NCBI RefSeq assembly: GCF_004010195.1
Contig: NW_025215364.1
Coordinates: forward strand, 1-45,690
Direction of reading: 5' to 3'
DNA from: Chiloscyllium plagiosum
Taxonomy: Eukaryota
DNA: 45,690 bases
Position numbers and translations under genes: made by a program. A model generated the notes under the pieces. The model searched no databases, had not been told where the DNA came from, and saw only the letters and a list, made by a program, of their open reading frames with translations. How positions within the stretch are numbered: the stretch's first letter is position 1; each line of letters begins with the position of its first letter. Below are positions 23,495 to 36,327 of the stretch, piece by piece.

Positions 23495-26060
23495 AACCCA
23501 TTCTCCGACCTTCTTCCTGTAACCCTTGATCCTTTGGATAATCAAAAAAGCTATCTGTCTCCATCTCAAATATACTCAATGAACTGGTCCCCACAGCCTT
23601 TTGTGGCAATCCATTTCAAAGATTCGCCATTCTCTGGTTAAAGACATTTCTCCTTATCACTGTTCTAAAAGGTGTTCTCTTTCATCTAAAGTCGGTGTCC
23701 TCGGGTTCTAGTCCAATGGAAACATCATATCAACATCTATTCTGCCCAGGTCATTCAGTATTCTCTGTGGCTCCATTACATTCCCTCTCATCCTTCTAAA
23801 TTTTATCGAGTATAGAACCAGAATCCTCAAACATACCTCATATAATAAGTTTTTCATTCCTATGACCATTCTCGTGAAGACCTTGTGAACACGCTCCGGG
23901 GCCAGTACCCCCTTCCTGAGATATGGGGCTCAAAATTACGCACAATACTCCAAATGTAATCTAACAAGAACCGTATACAACCTGTTTTATATTCAATTCC
24001 TCTCGTAATAAATACCACCAATAATAAATGCAATTTCCTTCCTACCTACTGCCTCAACCTTCAAACTTACCTTGAGAGAACCCTGCACTAGAACTCCCAA
24101 GTCCTTTCTCCCCCCAAAAAATATAGATAATGCCTCCATTCTTCGGACCAAAGTGCATGACCTCACACGTTCTGATGTTGGAATGCATCTGCCAATCTCT
24201 TTACTTGTCCAACTCCCTCTTCAGCCTCTCCGTCTCCTCAATATGGCCTGGCCATCTGCCTATCTTTATATCGTCTGCAAACTTAGTCAGAGTGCCCTCA
24301 ATTCCCTCATCTAGATTGATAACGTAACAAGTAAAAGGTTACGATTTCAACACTGAGCCTTGTGGAACACCACCTGTCACCGGCTGCCAACATGAGTAGG
24401 ACCATTTTATCCCCACTCTCTGCTTTCTGCCAGACAGCCAAGCTTCTACCAATGCCTCTAATACCATGGGCCCTTATCATACTCAGTAATCTCCTGTGTG
24501 ACACCTTGTCAAAGGCCTGTTTGAAGTCCAGGCGGATAACATCTATTCTTGGTCAAGCCTGCTCATTTCCTCTCCAAAGAATTCCAACAAATTTGTCAGG
24601 CATGTCTTTCCCTTGATGAATCCATACTGACGTTGCCCTATTTTACCAAACACTTCAAGTATTCAGAAATCTCACCCTTCACAATTGATTCCAGGATCTT
24701 ACCCATGACCGAGGTTAAGCTAATCGTTGTGGACATTTTTTTGTGTTTTTCCTTACTCCCTTGTTAAAAAGGGGTGTCACGTTAATGGGTTTCCATTGCT
24801 CTGAGATCGTTCCTTACTCTAGTGATTGCTGAAAGATCACCACTACTGCCCCCACTCCCTCTCCACTATCTCCCGTATATCACTGGGATGTAACCCACCT
24901 GCTCCAAGTCATTTAATCACCTTCAGGCAATTCAGTTTTTTTCTACCATGTTCTCCATGGTGGTGACCTTCATACTCAGCTCTGGCCCCTCACTCTCTTG
25001 AACGTTTATGTATTTTTCGTGTTTTCCACCGTGAAACTGACACAAAGTAATTATTCAGTTCCACAGCCATTTTCTTGTTCACCACTACTATCTCCCCTGT
25101 GCCATTTTCCAGTGGTCCAATGTTCACTTGCCTCTCTTTTGTACTTTATATATCGAAAGAAACTCTTACAGTCTTCCTTTACATTACTGGCTAACTTATC
25201 CCCATATTTAATAATCTCCCTCCTTATTTTATTTTTTTTTTGCTCTCTGCTTTGCCTTTGTAAGCTTCCCAATCCTCTGGTATCCCACGGCCCCTGGCCA
25301 CATTATTTGCTTTCACTTTTGCTTTTCTGCTATACCTAACTTCCCTAGTCAGCTATGGTTGCCTCAATATCCATGCCTCTTTTTCCTTGGGATAAATTTC
25401 TGTTGTGTATCTTGAATTACTTCAAAAATCTCCTGCCATTGCTGTTCCACTGTCTCTCCTGCTGGGCCCATCTCCCCGTCAATTCTACCCAGTTCCTCCC
25501 TCATGCCTCTGTAATTGCCTTTATTCAGCTGCAATACCATTACTTCTGATTCTAACTTCTCCATCTGAAATTGCAGAGTAAATTCAATCATATTATGATC
25601 ACTGCCTCCTAAGATTTCCTTCACCTTAAGCTCCCTTATCTAGTCTGCTTCCACAACCTGTTCAAAAGAGCCATCTCAGTCATTTTACAAATTCCTTTTC
25701 TTGTGAACCACTACCAGCCTGAATTCACAGTCTAACTTCATAATTAAATCCCACATGGCAACTTAAACTTTGCCTTTCCAACAGAGCTTTCTATCTCCTG
25801 GTGTATCTTGCACCCAGCTCATGACTACTGTTTGGAGGCCTGTACAGAACTCCAAATGCATTTTATTCACCTTTTTGATACCTCAATTCTACCGACACAG
25901 ATTATACACCATCTGGCCTTACTTCACTTCTTTTTATTGATTCAATTTCATTTCTTACTAATGGGAAAGTTCTATATCTCTGCCCACCTGCCTATCTTAT
26001 GACAGGATGAATATCCTTGAATATTCAATTACCAATCCTGATCCTCCTGCAGCGATGGCA
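23495..26060 (-). mobile_element. CR1 LINE ORF2 remnant
   Basis: LGGSDHNMIEF, NVKEDCKSFFRYIK, SHRRLLSMIRAHGIRG. Same family as 31330-35345. Confidence 0.9.
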
Positions 26061-26074
26061 CTATGATGCCCACT

Positions 26075-28456
26075 CGTTTGATTTCCAAACCTACAGCTCA
26101 GCGAGCAAACCTACACCCTAAACCTCAAACAGAGCTACAAACCTTCACAAACCTTGCGAAAACCTATGGGCGCAACACGCTACAACTGGCCCGAAGATGG
26201 GAAAGGAATGCCATCCGAGAGCGTTCCACCCGCGAACAATTGTACTTCCTGCATAAATGTTTAAGCAAACATGTACTGCCAAAATGTCTCCAATATAAAC
26301 CGCCGTTAAAAACACCTCAAGCCAGAAATTTAACAGAACAAAACGGCCGCAGAACGCTCCGAGAACTAATCAATGACGCCCACCACAGACTCTGAAAATA
26401 CAACCAGGAAATTGCGCGCCAAAAAACGTTATTCAAACATGCAACAAATCAAGAATGGACAGACGCGGTAGAACGAGCCATAAGCACCAAACAACGACAA
26501 ACACAGATAAAGAAAAATCGGGACCTGAAGAAAAAACTTGACAAACTCTCAAAAAAAGACAAAACCGATAACACAAGGGCATGGATAAAAAACATATGAG
26601 ACCAGACCCTATCAGACACAAAAGAAGCGGTACTAGTCAAAGGATTAAATTTCAATTACCGAGACGCTGACAAGAAGGATTTCCTAGCGGGATTAGAACC
26701 CACATTGAAGGACAACAAACTCATGGAAGAAACACAGAAAACGATCAGACAGACAGTTGCACCTACTCTGAGCCGAAAGAGGGAAGGAAACAAAATGATC
26801 ACACAAGAAAAGAAAGCCCTAAAAACCTCAAAAAAGACAAAAACATCGTTATATTACCTGCAGACAAAGTTCGGCTCACAGTCATCCTGAACAGAAGGGA
26901 CTACGTAGAGAAAGCCAATGCACTACTCACAGACACCAGCACCTACCAAAAGGTGGCGCTAGACCCGACCCCACAATTAGGAAACAAAATTATCTCCTAA
27001 GAAAATTACACAATTCTGGACAATTAAACAAGATGGAATTCCAGAAAATGAAACCCGACAGGACCAACACCCCACGATTCTACGGACTACCAAAAATCCA
27101 TAAACCAGGAGCTCCCCTCAGACCCATAGTCTCACTACCCGGAACACCAACTTACAGACTGGCCAAAGAACTACACGCAAGACTGAAGTACCTAGTAGAA
27201 GAGTCACAGCACTCCATCCACTCCACCCAGGAATTCCTAAAAATCACCAAAAACAGCAAAATAGAGGAAGACGAAGCAATGATCTCATTCAACATAACAG
27301 CACTGTTCACCTCCATCAACATCGACCGAGCAAAGGAAACATTCGCCACACTTTTAGAAGAGACCATCACATACACACCAACCACCATCAATCACATTAC
27401 CAACGAAAACATCATGAAGCTAGTGGACCTGTGCCTCACCACCCACTTCACTTTCAACAACATAGTCTACAAACGAAAGAAAGGACAAGGGAGAATTACA
27501 AACCTGCGTATACAGAAAACCAACAAACACTGACCAAATCCTCAACTACACCAGCAACCATCCCAACACATACAAACAAAGCTGTATCAGAACATTACTC
27601 CAACGAGCCACCACACGCTGCTGCACAGATGAACTTCAGAAAACAGAGGAGAACCACCTATACAACGTATTCAAGAAGAACAGATACTCAAAAAACACAG
27701 TGCGCAGATTCCTCAAGAACAAACCACGACAAGCAGACAAAACACAGCCAGAAATCCTAACCACCTTACCATATATCAAAGAAGTTTCAGAAATGACAGC
27801 CAGACTACTGAGACCCCTCGGAATTCTAGTAGCACACAAACCCACCAACACGTTCAAACAAAAACTAACAAATTTAAAAGACCCAGTACAACCCATGAAC
27901 AAAACCAACGTCATCTATAAAATTCCATGCAAGGACTGCCGCAAACACTACGTAGGACAAACAGGAAGAAAGTTAGCCACCAGGATACACGAACACCAGC
28001 TAGCCACAAAAATGCACGACCCCCTCTCCCTCATAGCCCTACACACGGATGAAAAAAAAAACATTTCGACTAGGACAACACATCTATCCTGGGACAGGCT
28101 AAGCAAAGACATGCCAGAGAATTTCTTGGCACTCCAACCACAACGCCATAAACAAGCACATAGATCTAGATGCCATCTATCAACCCCTCAAGAAACGGAC
28201 AGGAAACGACATCACCACAAACCCCAGGAACCCCATCCAGGAGAAAGATATAAATAGAAAGCAGGAGGCAACAGCTTCGCTTCACTTGGAGGTCGCCACT
28301 GATGATGTTACCTAGCCAGGCAACGAAACGTCTGGATATCAAACCTACAGCTCAGCGAGCAAACCTACACCCTAAAATGGATATCAAACCTACAGCTCAG
28401 CGAGCAAACCTACACCCTACACCTCAACCTGAACTACAAACCTTCACAAACCTTGC
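26075..28456 (+). mobile_element. Near-full-length Penelope-like retroelement (family B) with an internal deletion in the RT
   Basis: TPRFYGLPKIHKPGAPLRPIVS, MISFNITALFTSI, VIYKIPCKDC.KHYVGQTGRKLATRIHEH. Direct pseudo-LTR repeats at about 26086-26157 and 28385-28456. Confidence 0.95.
28299..28332 (+). ncRNA. Minimal type I hammerhead ribozyme motif
   Basis: cca-CTGATGA-t-GTTACC-tagcca-GGCAAC-GAAAC-GTC-tgg. Stem II has one mismatch and the flanks cca/tgg pair. Confidence 0.75.
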
Positions 28457-28725
28457 TCATTTATCTTATTCATTATACTGCATGTATTCAGATAGAACAC
28501 TTCAGTCCTGTATTAACCGTCCCTCTTCTCAATGTCACTTGTTTGTCCTGTCGTTTTACCTACACGGAGTCTGACCATTGGACCATTCCCCTCCCACTCC
28601 AATTTATTCTGCAGCCCAGATGACATATCCCAAACCCGAGCACCAGGTAGGTAACACAACCTACCGGACTTTCAATCCTGGTCACAGGGAACATTATCTA
28701 TGCCTCTAACTAAGCTATCCCCATT
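28457..28725 (-). mobile_element. CR1 5' (ORF1/ORF2 junction) remnant continuing 23495-26060
   Basis: Reverse complement resembles the CR1 ORF1 esterase region (ggggatagcttagttag...gttgtgttacctacctggtgctcggg). Confidence 0.6.
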
Positions 28726-28736
28726 TATTCATCATT

Positions 28737-28850
28737 AGGGACGCACAGTGACATAGAAATGCTTTCTCGCAGTGCTAGGGACTCGGGCTCAATTCCAATA
28801 TCTGGACCCTGTCTGTGTTGAGTTTGGATAATTTCCCCGTGTCTGAATTG
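28737..28850 (+). mobile_element. HE1-type SINE 5' fragment
   Basis: tRNA-like head (gctagggactcgggctcaattcc) followed by tgtctgtgttgagtttg...ccccgtgtctg. Confidence 0.65.
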
Positions 28851-29486
28851 GGAGCATTAACTCTTTTCTCACTCCACAGTATGTCTCTGTGTTTGCTACG
28901 GATTTCTGCCACCTACAGTATTTTTGATTTTGTTCGATGGAGAAATGCTGCAAATGTTTTTGTAAAAGCAGTTGTAGTGCTCGGCGTCCCCGGGTGTTTC
29001 GGAAGCTTTCTCAGCTACTCGTTTGAGTGGTGTCCCCGGATGCCAACTCCATCTCACTCAGTCCCTCAGTCCATCTGTCACTGCATGCAGCCTTCCCTTG
29101 TGCCACCCTGGGACTCCCCACACCCCATTGCCTGGCCCTGCTGGGGATGCTGGGTAAAGACCCAGCCATTGAAAGAAGCAGAACAACTAAAATCCAATTG
29201 AACAGCAAAGCAGAGTAGACAGGCTGAATGGCATCCACTTGCTCTGATATTTTCTAGTCTTCTGTCTATCCTCATCCATCTGCAAATAGATGGTCCATAT
29301 GTATACCTTGCCAAACAAGTTTGGTGGAGGTGATAGATATCAGATCTCGTGGTCATTGGACTGATTCAGTGGATTCCACTTTCCTGGTTAATGAGGTCAC
29401 ACTTAAGCTTTTTGTATCAAGTCTATCCACTTTGAAGAAAAGGCCTTGCTGGAGATGTACGGAAAGGATATTTGAATTTTGGAGAG

Positions 29487-29598
29487 ACTAGAATGTGTCA
29501 CGTACGATTGAGATTAGGAGTAGGAAGTAGGCACTTCCTACTCCTAATCTCACTCGTGTCACTAGAATGTGTCACGTATGAGTGAGATTAGGAGTAGG
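29487..29598. repeat. Direct-inverted-direct triplication with a 25-bp hairpin
   Basis: Arms 29504-29528 and 29533-29557 (1 mismatch). Direct repeat at 29487-29524 and 29561-29598. Confidence 0.9.
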
Positions 29599-29633
29599 CA
29601 CGTGGCCATAGAGCTGGTCGGGGAGGCAGCACT

Positions 29634-29880
29634 TCTGATATGTGGGTCATTGGGATTCCCGAGTCGATAGGATATACACAAAAAGGATGGGGATGGACAT
29701 GAACTGGCAGCAATCTTTGATAATTGGATCATTTGGGATTCCCGAGTCGATAGGATATACATAAAAAGGACGGGATGGACCTGAACTAGGAGGAATCTCC
29801 GATATGTGGATCATTGGGATTCCTGGGTCGGTAGGACCTACACATGAAGGACAGGACAGACCTGAACTGGCAGCAATCTC
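29634..29880 (+). repeat. 3 x ~82-bp tandem repeat derived from CR1 ORF1 (SGNH esterase C-terminus)
   Basis: catt(t)gggattcc at 29648, 29730 and 29812. Translation resembles DHWD...G R.DLYKKDG.HLNW. Confidence 0.75.
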
Positions 29881-30126
29881 CTAGCTATAGTTTGCTATAG
29901 TTCCTTAGGAGGGTTTAAACTAGTGTGTGGCGGTGGTGGGTGGGTGCGGGGCGGGGGGAGGGTTGTGGACAACAACAGCAGTAGGTCCACAGGTACAGTG
30001 ACTGTGGAGGAGTTGGAGACTAATACCAGTACAGCAAAGAACAACAGCAAACAGGCAGAGGGTACTGAAAACTATGGGCCTGGCAGTCTGAAGTGTGCTG
30101 ATTTTAATCTGAGGTGTCTGTTTGCT

Positions 30127-31010
30127 TGAACAGATATTTCGAGGTCGCTATACGTCAGAAAACAGGAAGAGATAATGGTTAATTGTCCGATGTGTCCTTC
30201 AGTAGACCAGCTTGTCTCTCCAGGCACCTAATGTGTTTATTGTGGGTCAGAGAAATTCAGAATTAATACAGCACAGAAGAAGGCCATTCAGCCCACCATG
30301 CGTCCACGAACTCTCAAATTTGACAACTTGAAAATAAAGAGAATGATCAGAGATAGGCTGAGCGGGAGAGAGAGAAATAAACAAAGAGAAATAATTTAAG
30401 TGAGTTAAACAGAGTGGTGAGAAAATGGAGCGACAGAATGAGTGAGAGCAAGGGGTGTCAGACGAGTGTGAATTTCGATCAGGAGAACAGGAGCCAGCAC
30501 GAGGAGAAATACACAGAAACTTTATTTAGAAACTCCCACAGACTGTAAACCCTTTGTCTGATGCCATAACCTGTGAGCACAAGGCTGATACTGGTTGTCA
30601 TCCCAGATCATTTATCGCCAATAACATCACATACCTGAGTTGCTCACAGCTAAACAGAATCCAAAAGACCAATAGATTGGTTCCAGGGAGAAGGTGGATT
30701 AATTTAAATATTCTGGGCCAACTTCAACTTGTCGCCCCTCTAGACACTGTGTGAGAGACAGGGTGAGAGAATGTCAGTGAGGGAGATTACTGAAAGATGG
30801 GAAATCAGGATCTCAGTTGTGGGTAAAATAATGATTGATAAAGTTTGCACACCACTGCCATGGTTTTGTAATTCACATTTCAATTTATATAGCACCAGAT
30901 AGTAAGTGTGTTTTCACAATCTTGTCTCTTTGTAGTTTTCATATTTTGGTGTGTACAGAAATGCTTTTTTTTGTCCCTGTATTTTGTGTTGAATAAACAC
31001 ATTTTCTTAC
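30127..31010 (+). repeat. Paralogous block, direct copy of 21520-22440
   Basis: Same anchors as listed for 21520-22700. Confidence 0.88.
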
Positions 31011-32701
31011 TGAGGAAGAACGGACCTGTTCCGATGGGACAGTCTTCATCTGAACCGTGCTGGCACCAGCGTTCGAGTGAATCCTAACTATGGGTGCAGT
31101 TAATTTAATCTGATTAGGAGTGTGTGTGTGTGTGTGCAGGGTGGGGGTTCAGTTATAGGGTTTAATTAGAAAAGCCGAATTAAAAAAGGAGGTAAGAGCA
31201 CAGAATTCAGGAGAGGTTATTAACTACATCACAGACACAAATTGGATAGAGCATCTGGAAATGTTTAACAATCAAACTTCAAGCACACTGGACATTTGAA
31301 TGATAATGAGAAGACGGACGGTTAATAGAGGACTGACGCTATTACGATATTCCTTATGCATGCTGTATAAGGAATAAGGCAAATGAGCTGGTGGCGCTGA
31401 TTGAAATTGGCAGGTGTGAGGTGATGGGCATCACGGAGATGTGATTGCAAGGGGATCAGGATGTTTAAGGACATTTGTCCTATCGAAAAGATAGGCAGGT
31501 GGGCAGAGGGAGTGGATTTGCATTATTGGTAAGAAATGAAATTAAATCAATAGTAAGAAAGGAAGTAAGGTCAGATGGTGTAGAATATTTGGGTAGAATT
31601 GAGGAACGACAAAGGTAAGAAAACCGCAGTTAGAGTCTTGTACAGGCCTCCAAAGAGTAGTCGGGAGCTGGGTCACAAGATACACCAGGAGATAGAAAAG
31701 ATGTGTAGGAAAAGCAAAGAACAGTGGTCATGGGAGATTTCAATTGCAGGTGGAATGGGAAAATCAGGTTAGTAGTGGATCAGAAGAAAATAAATTATTG
31801 GAATTTCTACGAGATTTTTTTGGGGAGCAGCTTGTGGTAGAGCCCACTTGGGAACAGATGATACTGGATTTAAGAAGGCAGGTCAGATAAGGGAGCTTTA
31901 GGTGAAGGAAAACTTCATAAGCAGTGCTCAGAACATGGTTGAATGTATTCTGCAATTTGAGAGAGAGAAGATAGAATCAGAGGTAACAGTATTTCAGCTG
32001 AATAAAGGCAACTACAGAGTCATAAGGGAGAAGCTCCGTAGGATTGACCGGGAGAGGAGTCTAGCAGGAAAGACAGGGGAACGGCAATGGCAGCAGATTC
32101 CCAGATTAATTTAGGAGACTCTGCGGAAATTCATGCTGAGGAATGCAGACATGGTACAAGGAGGATGAGGCAACAGGTCTGAAGAGGGAAGTCAGGGATT
32201 GCATACAAGCAAAAGAACAAGCATATAATGTGGTGAAGGGCAGTGGGAAACTAGACAATTGGGAAACTTACAAAGACTAACAGAGGGCAAGAAAAAGGAG
32301 GGAGATGATTAAATATGGGGGTCAGCTATCCAGTAATATAAAAGAGACAGTAATAGATTCTTTAGATATATAAAGTTCAAAAGAGAGGTAAAAGTGAATA
32401 TGGACAACTGGAAAATGATGCTGGCAAGACAGTAGTGGGAAACAAAGAAATGAATGAAGAACTTTGCATCAGTCTTCATGGTGGAAGACATGAGTAATTT
32501 CCCAAAACTTAAAGAGAGTGAGAAGGCAGAGCTGAGTATGGTGGCCATCATCAAGAAGAACATATCAGAAAACTGAATGGCCTGCATGTGGATAAATCAC
32601 CTGGACCATATGGACTACACCCAAGCCATGGAAGAGGCACAGCTGAAGAGGTAGCGCACGTTTAAGTGGTAATCTTTCAGGAATGACTAAAATCAGGAAA
32701 A

Positions 32702-32838
32702 TCTTTGAGGAGAAAGTGAGGTCTGCAGATACTGGAGATCAGAGCTGGAAATGTGTTGCTGGAAAAGCGCAGCAGGTCAGGCAGCATCCAGGGAACAGGA
32801 GAATCGACGTTTCGGGCATAAGCCCTTCTTCATTCCAG
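32702..32838 (-). mobile_element. Penelope family A mini-insertion with 15-bp TSD
   Basis: ctaaaatcaggaaaa at 32687-32701 and 32839-32853. Confidence 0.88.
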
Positions 32839-33440
32839 CTAAAATCAGGAAAAGGCCAAGATGCTTTTCCAAGAAAATTTCCAATATGACACCCTGTTTA
32901 ATAAGGGAATTAGGCAGAAGATGGAAAATTACAGACTGATCAGCCTAATCTTAGTTGTGGGTAACATCCTGGAATCCATCGTGAAGGATGGGATTTCTGA
33001 AAACTTGGAGGTGTATGGTAAAATAGGACAGAGTCAGTATGGTTTCATCAAGGGGAGGTCATGCCTGACCAACCTGCTAGAATAAATTGAGGGAGTAACG
33101 AGCAGATTAGACCAAGGAGAACCAATAGATGTTATCTACCTGCTCTTCAAAAATTCTTTGACAAGATGCCACACAGGAGGCTATTGAGAGAGGTAAGGCC
33201 CATGGTGTTAGAGGCAAGGTGCTAGCATGGATAGAAGCATTGGCAGTCTGACAGACAACAGAGAGTTGGGACACCAGGGACAAGTGGTGTTCCATAAGAC
33301 TCAGTGTTGGGACCACAACTTTTCACTTTGTACATTAAGATCTACATGCAGGAACTGAGGTCATTCTGGCTAACTTTTAAAACAGTGCAAAGATATATAT
33401 AGAGAGAGGTAGCTTTGAAGAGGTGGTTTGGTTGCAGGAG

Positions 33441-34495
33441 TGTGCTCTAGCACATCTCAACTTCCCGCACCTCTGCCCTTGAACGCCACCCTTCCAATTA
33501 CAACAAGGTTAGAAGCCGTGTGGTGCTCGCCTTCCATCCCACCAATCTGAGGATACAATGCATCATCCTCTGCCATTTCCACCACCAACAGTCAGACCCC
33601 ACTACCAGAGATATACTTACCTCCCCACCCCTATCAGCATTCTGCAGAGACCATTTCCTTCACAAATCCCTCGTTCGGTCCACGCCACACAGACCCCATC
33701 CCCCCACCCCACCAAGCCACCTTCCACTCCTGACACCTTCATTGCCACTGCAAGAGGTGTGAAGACTATGTCAACACCTCCCATCTAACATCCATTCAAG
33801 GCCCCAAAGGATCCTTCCACATCAGGCAGAGAACATCCTGTGCATCCAAACACCACATCTACTCTGCCCATTGCTCCTGGTCTCCTCTACACTGGGGAGA
33901 CAGAACATCAACTTATAGAACGGTTCAGGGAACACTTTCAGACATACAAACCTAACAACCACACTTCCCTGTGCTTGAATACTTCAACTCCACCTCCCCC
34001 TACACCAAGGACATGCAAGTTCTTGACTTCCTCCACTGCCAAATTCTAGCAAGCAGTCGTCTGGAGGAAGAACGCCATCATCTTCCGCCTTGGGACTCTC
34101 CAAACACACAGTATCCAGGGAAATTTCACCAGTTAGCTCATTTCCCCTCCCTCCACCTTATCCTAGATCTAACCCTCCAACTCAGCACCACCCTCTTGAA
34201 CTGTCCTATCTGTCCATCTAGCTTCCAATCTATCCACTCCACCTTCCACTCTGATCTATCACTATCACCACCCACCTGCGTCTAGCTATCGCCTTCCAAG
34301 CTACCTTTCTCCCAGCCCCAGCCCCTCCTATTTATCTCTCAGCCCCACTCCGCCCACACACCCCCATTCCTGATGAAGTCTTTATGCCTGAAAGGTCGAA
34401 TTTCCTGCTCCTTGGATGCGGCCTGACTGGCTGTGCCTTTCGAGTACCACACTTTTGACTCTGATCTCCAGCATCTGTGGTCCACACTTTCTCCA
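33441..34495 (+). mobile_element. Penelope family A 3' fragment (GIY-YIG endonuclease + pseudo-LTR)
   Basis: LLYTGETEHQLIERFREH and PLSAFCRDHFL; degenerate hammerhead ctgatgaag...gaaa at about 34370-34393. Confidence 0.85.
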
Positions 34496-35964
34496 GAAGA
34501 ATTTGTACAGGTTAGGGGAATCAGCAAAGAAGTGACAGATGGAGTATAATGTGGAAAAGTGTTACGTAATGCACTTTGCCAGGAAGATTACAGGCATGGA
34601 CTGTTTTCTAAATAGCGAGCAAGTTCAGAAGTCTGAAGTGCAAAAAGACGAGGGAGTTCTAGTCCAGGAGTCTCGAAAGGTAAACTTGCGGTTCATCAGT
34701 ATTTAGGAAGGCAAATACAATTGTGACATTTATTTTCAAATATCATATAAAAGCAGGGATGTACTTCTGAAGCTCTGTAAGGCTTTGGTCAGGCCACATT
34801 TGGATTATTGTGCACAGTTTGAGGCCCCATATCTCAGGAAGGATGTACTAGCGCTGGAGCGTTTATCAAGGAGATTCACAAGAATGGTCCCAGGAATGAA
34901 AAGCTTAACATATGAAGAACATCTGAGGGCTCTGGGTCTATATTTGGTACAGTTCAGAAGGATATTAGGAGGTCTAATTGAAACTTATAGAATACTGAAT
35001 GACCTGGACAGAGTGTATTTTGGGAAGATATTTCCAATGTTAGGAGAGACTAGGACCCTTCGATACAGAGTAAAGAGGAGACCTTTAGAACAGGACGAAC
35101 TTCTTCAGCCAGAGAGTGGTGAATCTACGGAATTCACCACTATAGAACGTTGTCGAGGCAAGGTCATTAAGTATATTTAAGAGTGAGACAGGTAGGTGCT
35201 TGATTGTAATGACGATCAAGGGTTACAGGTAGAAAGAGTTACAGGTAGAGTTGAGAAGTTTAACAGCAGTCATTGAATGGTGTAGCAGGGTCAATGTGCT
35301 GAATGGCCAAACTTCTGCTCCAATGTCCTCTGGTTGTATGGTTAACATTGGCTGTCCTCATTCCTCTTTGGAGATGTATCCTGGAATTTGATCTTAACAT
35401 GATTTATAAAGAGTAACATTCCAATACTGATGACTGGGAAATATCATGTTCTCTCCCTCCAGTCTCAGCAGCTATGTCCCCAATATCATAATCACAGTGT
35501 AATTTAAATCCAGTGAATGGTACTTAATCACAGTTGATTAACATCGATAAGATTAATATCATGAGCATTACCTGCTCTCTCTGATGCTCGAATAACCATC
35601 TGAATTGTGTGTCACATCATATTCTCTGTTAACATGTCCATGCCATTTGTCTGCAATGACTTATGTTGTCATAGGCACATTTTCCTGTGAAAATTATGGA
35701 CTAGAAAAATTCTCTCCATATTTTACTGACATTATAATCACTGATCAGTGGTTACAGACGTTATGTTTCCATTTATAAACGGAGAAACGTGTTTAATTTC
35801 TGACAATCCTTTGACATTACTCCCATATCCAAGGCAGACTGAATGATTACACACAATCGATCTACCATCTCCAATATTCCTTCCCTCAGTCATCCCCACA
35901 TACCCCATGCCAAATGTGTAAAGTTTAAACGGTCTTTAGAATTTTAATAAAGTCAGTATTGAAC

Positions 35965-36194
35965 TGACAGGGGTTAACTGGAGCTATTTGTTCAGTGACT
36001 GTGATTAATGGCAATCTCCATGGATCCTAAATATCCCAGTGGAGAGTTTCCATTGTTGAATTATAAATGGGCTCTGTCAATATGTTATCCCATATTATGA
36101 GTAGGAACATCACTGACAGCACAAACAGGGATCAGCAGCTCAAGAGAAAGGGGGAGGAGTGATCAGAATCTGAGAATATTTGTATGTTCCAACA
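35965..36194 (+). promoter_or_regulatory. Putative proximal promoter / 5' UTR of GPCR copy A
   Basis: Homologous to 43830-44054 (tctccatggatcctaa is identical). TATAAA at 36062-36067, about 130 bp upstream of the ATG. Confidence 0.55.
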
Positions 36195-36327
36195 ATGGAC
36201 AGGAGTTTATGGACAGGTCTTTACTGGCTTTCTCGGCCTTGGATATCCTTAGCATCACGGATCCAGGATATCCTTTGGATTATTCAAGGTGGTTACTATC
36301 CCATCCTCGCTATAGTTGGTGTTCCTG
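36195..36327 (+). CDS. GPR139-like: First coding exon of a GPR139/GPR142-like class A GPCR (N-terminus and start of TM1)
   Basis: MDRSLWTGLYWLSRPWISLASRIQDILWIIQGGYYPILAIVGVP, then phase-1 donor G|gtaagt. It parallels GPR139 exon 1, which ends YYSLLLCLGLP. Kozak context acaATGg. Exon 2 not found. Confidence 0.8.

Larger units (their letters stand above)
31330..35345 (+). mobile_element. Long degenerate CR1 LINE (APE, RT and 3' tail) with two Penelope insertions
   Basis: ENYRLISLILVVGNILESI, QYGFIKGRSCLTNLLE, VRPHLDYCAQFEAPYLRKD, and tail ctgaatggcc...tatggt. Confidence 0.92.

Noticed and set aside
29925..29962. G-quadruplex-prone tract
   Set aside because: It lies in the G-rich CR1 ORF1/ORF2 junction remnant, and nothing suggests a specific function.
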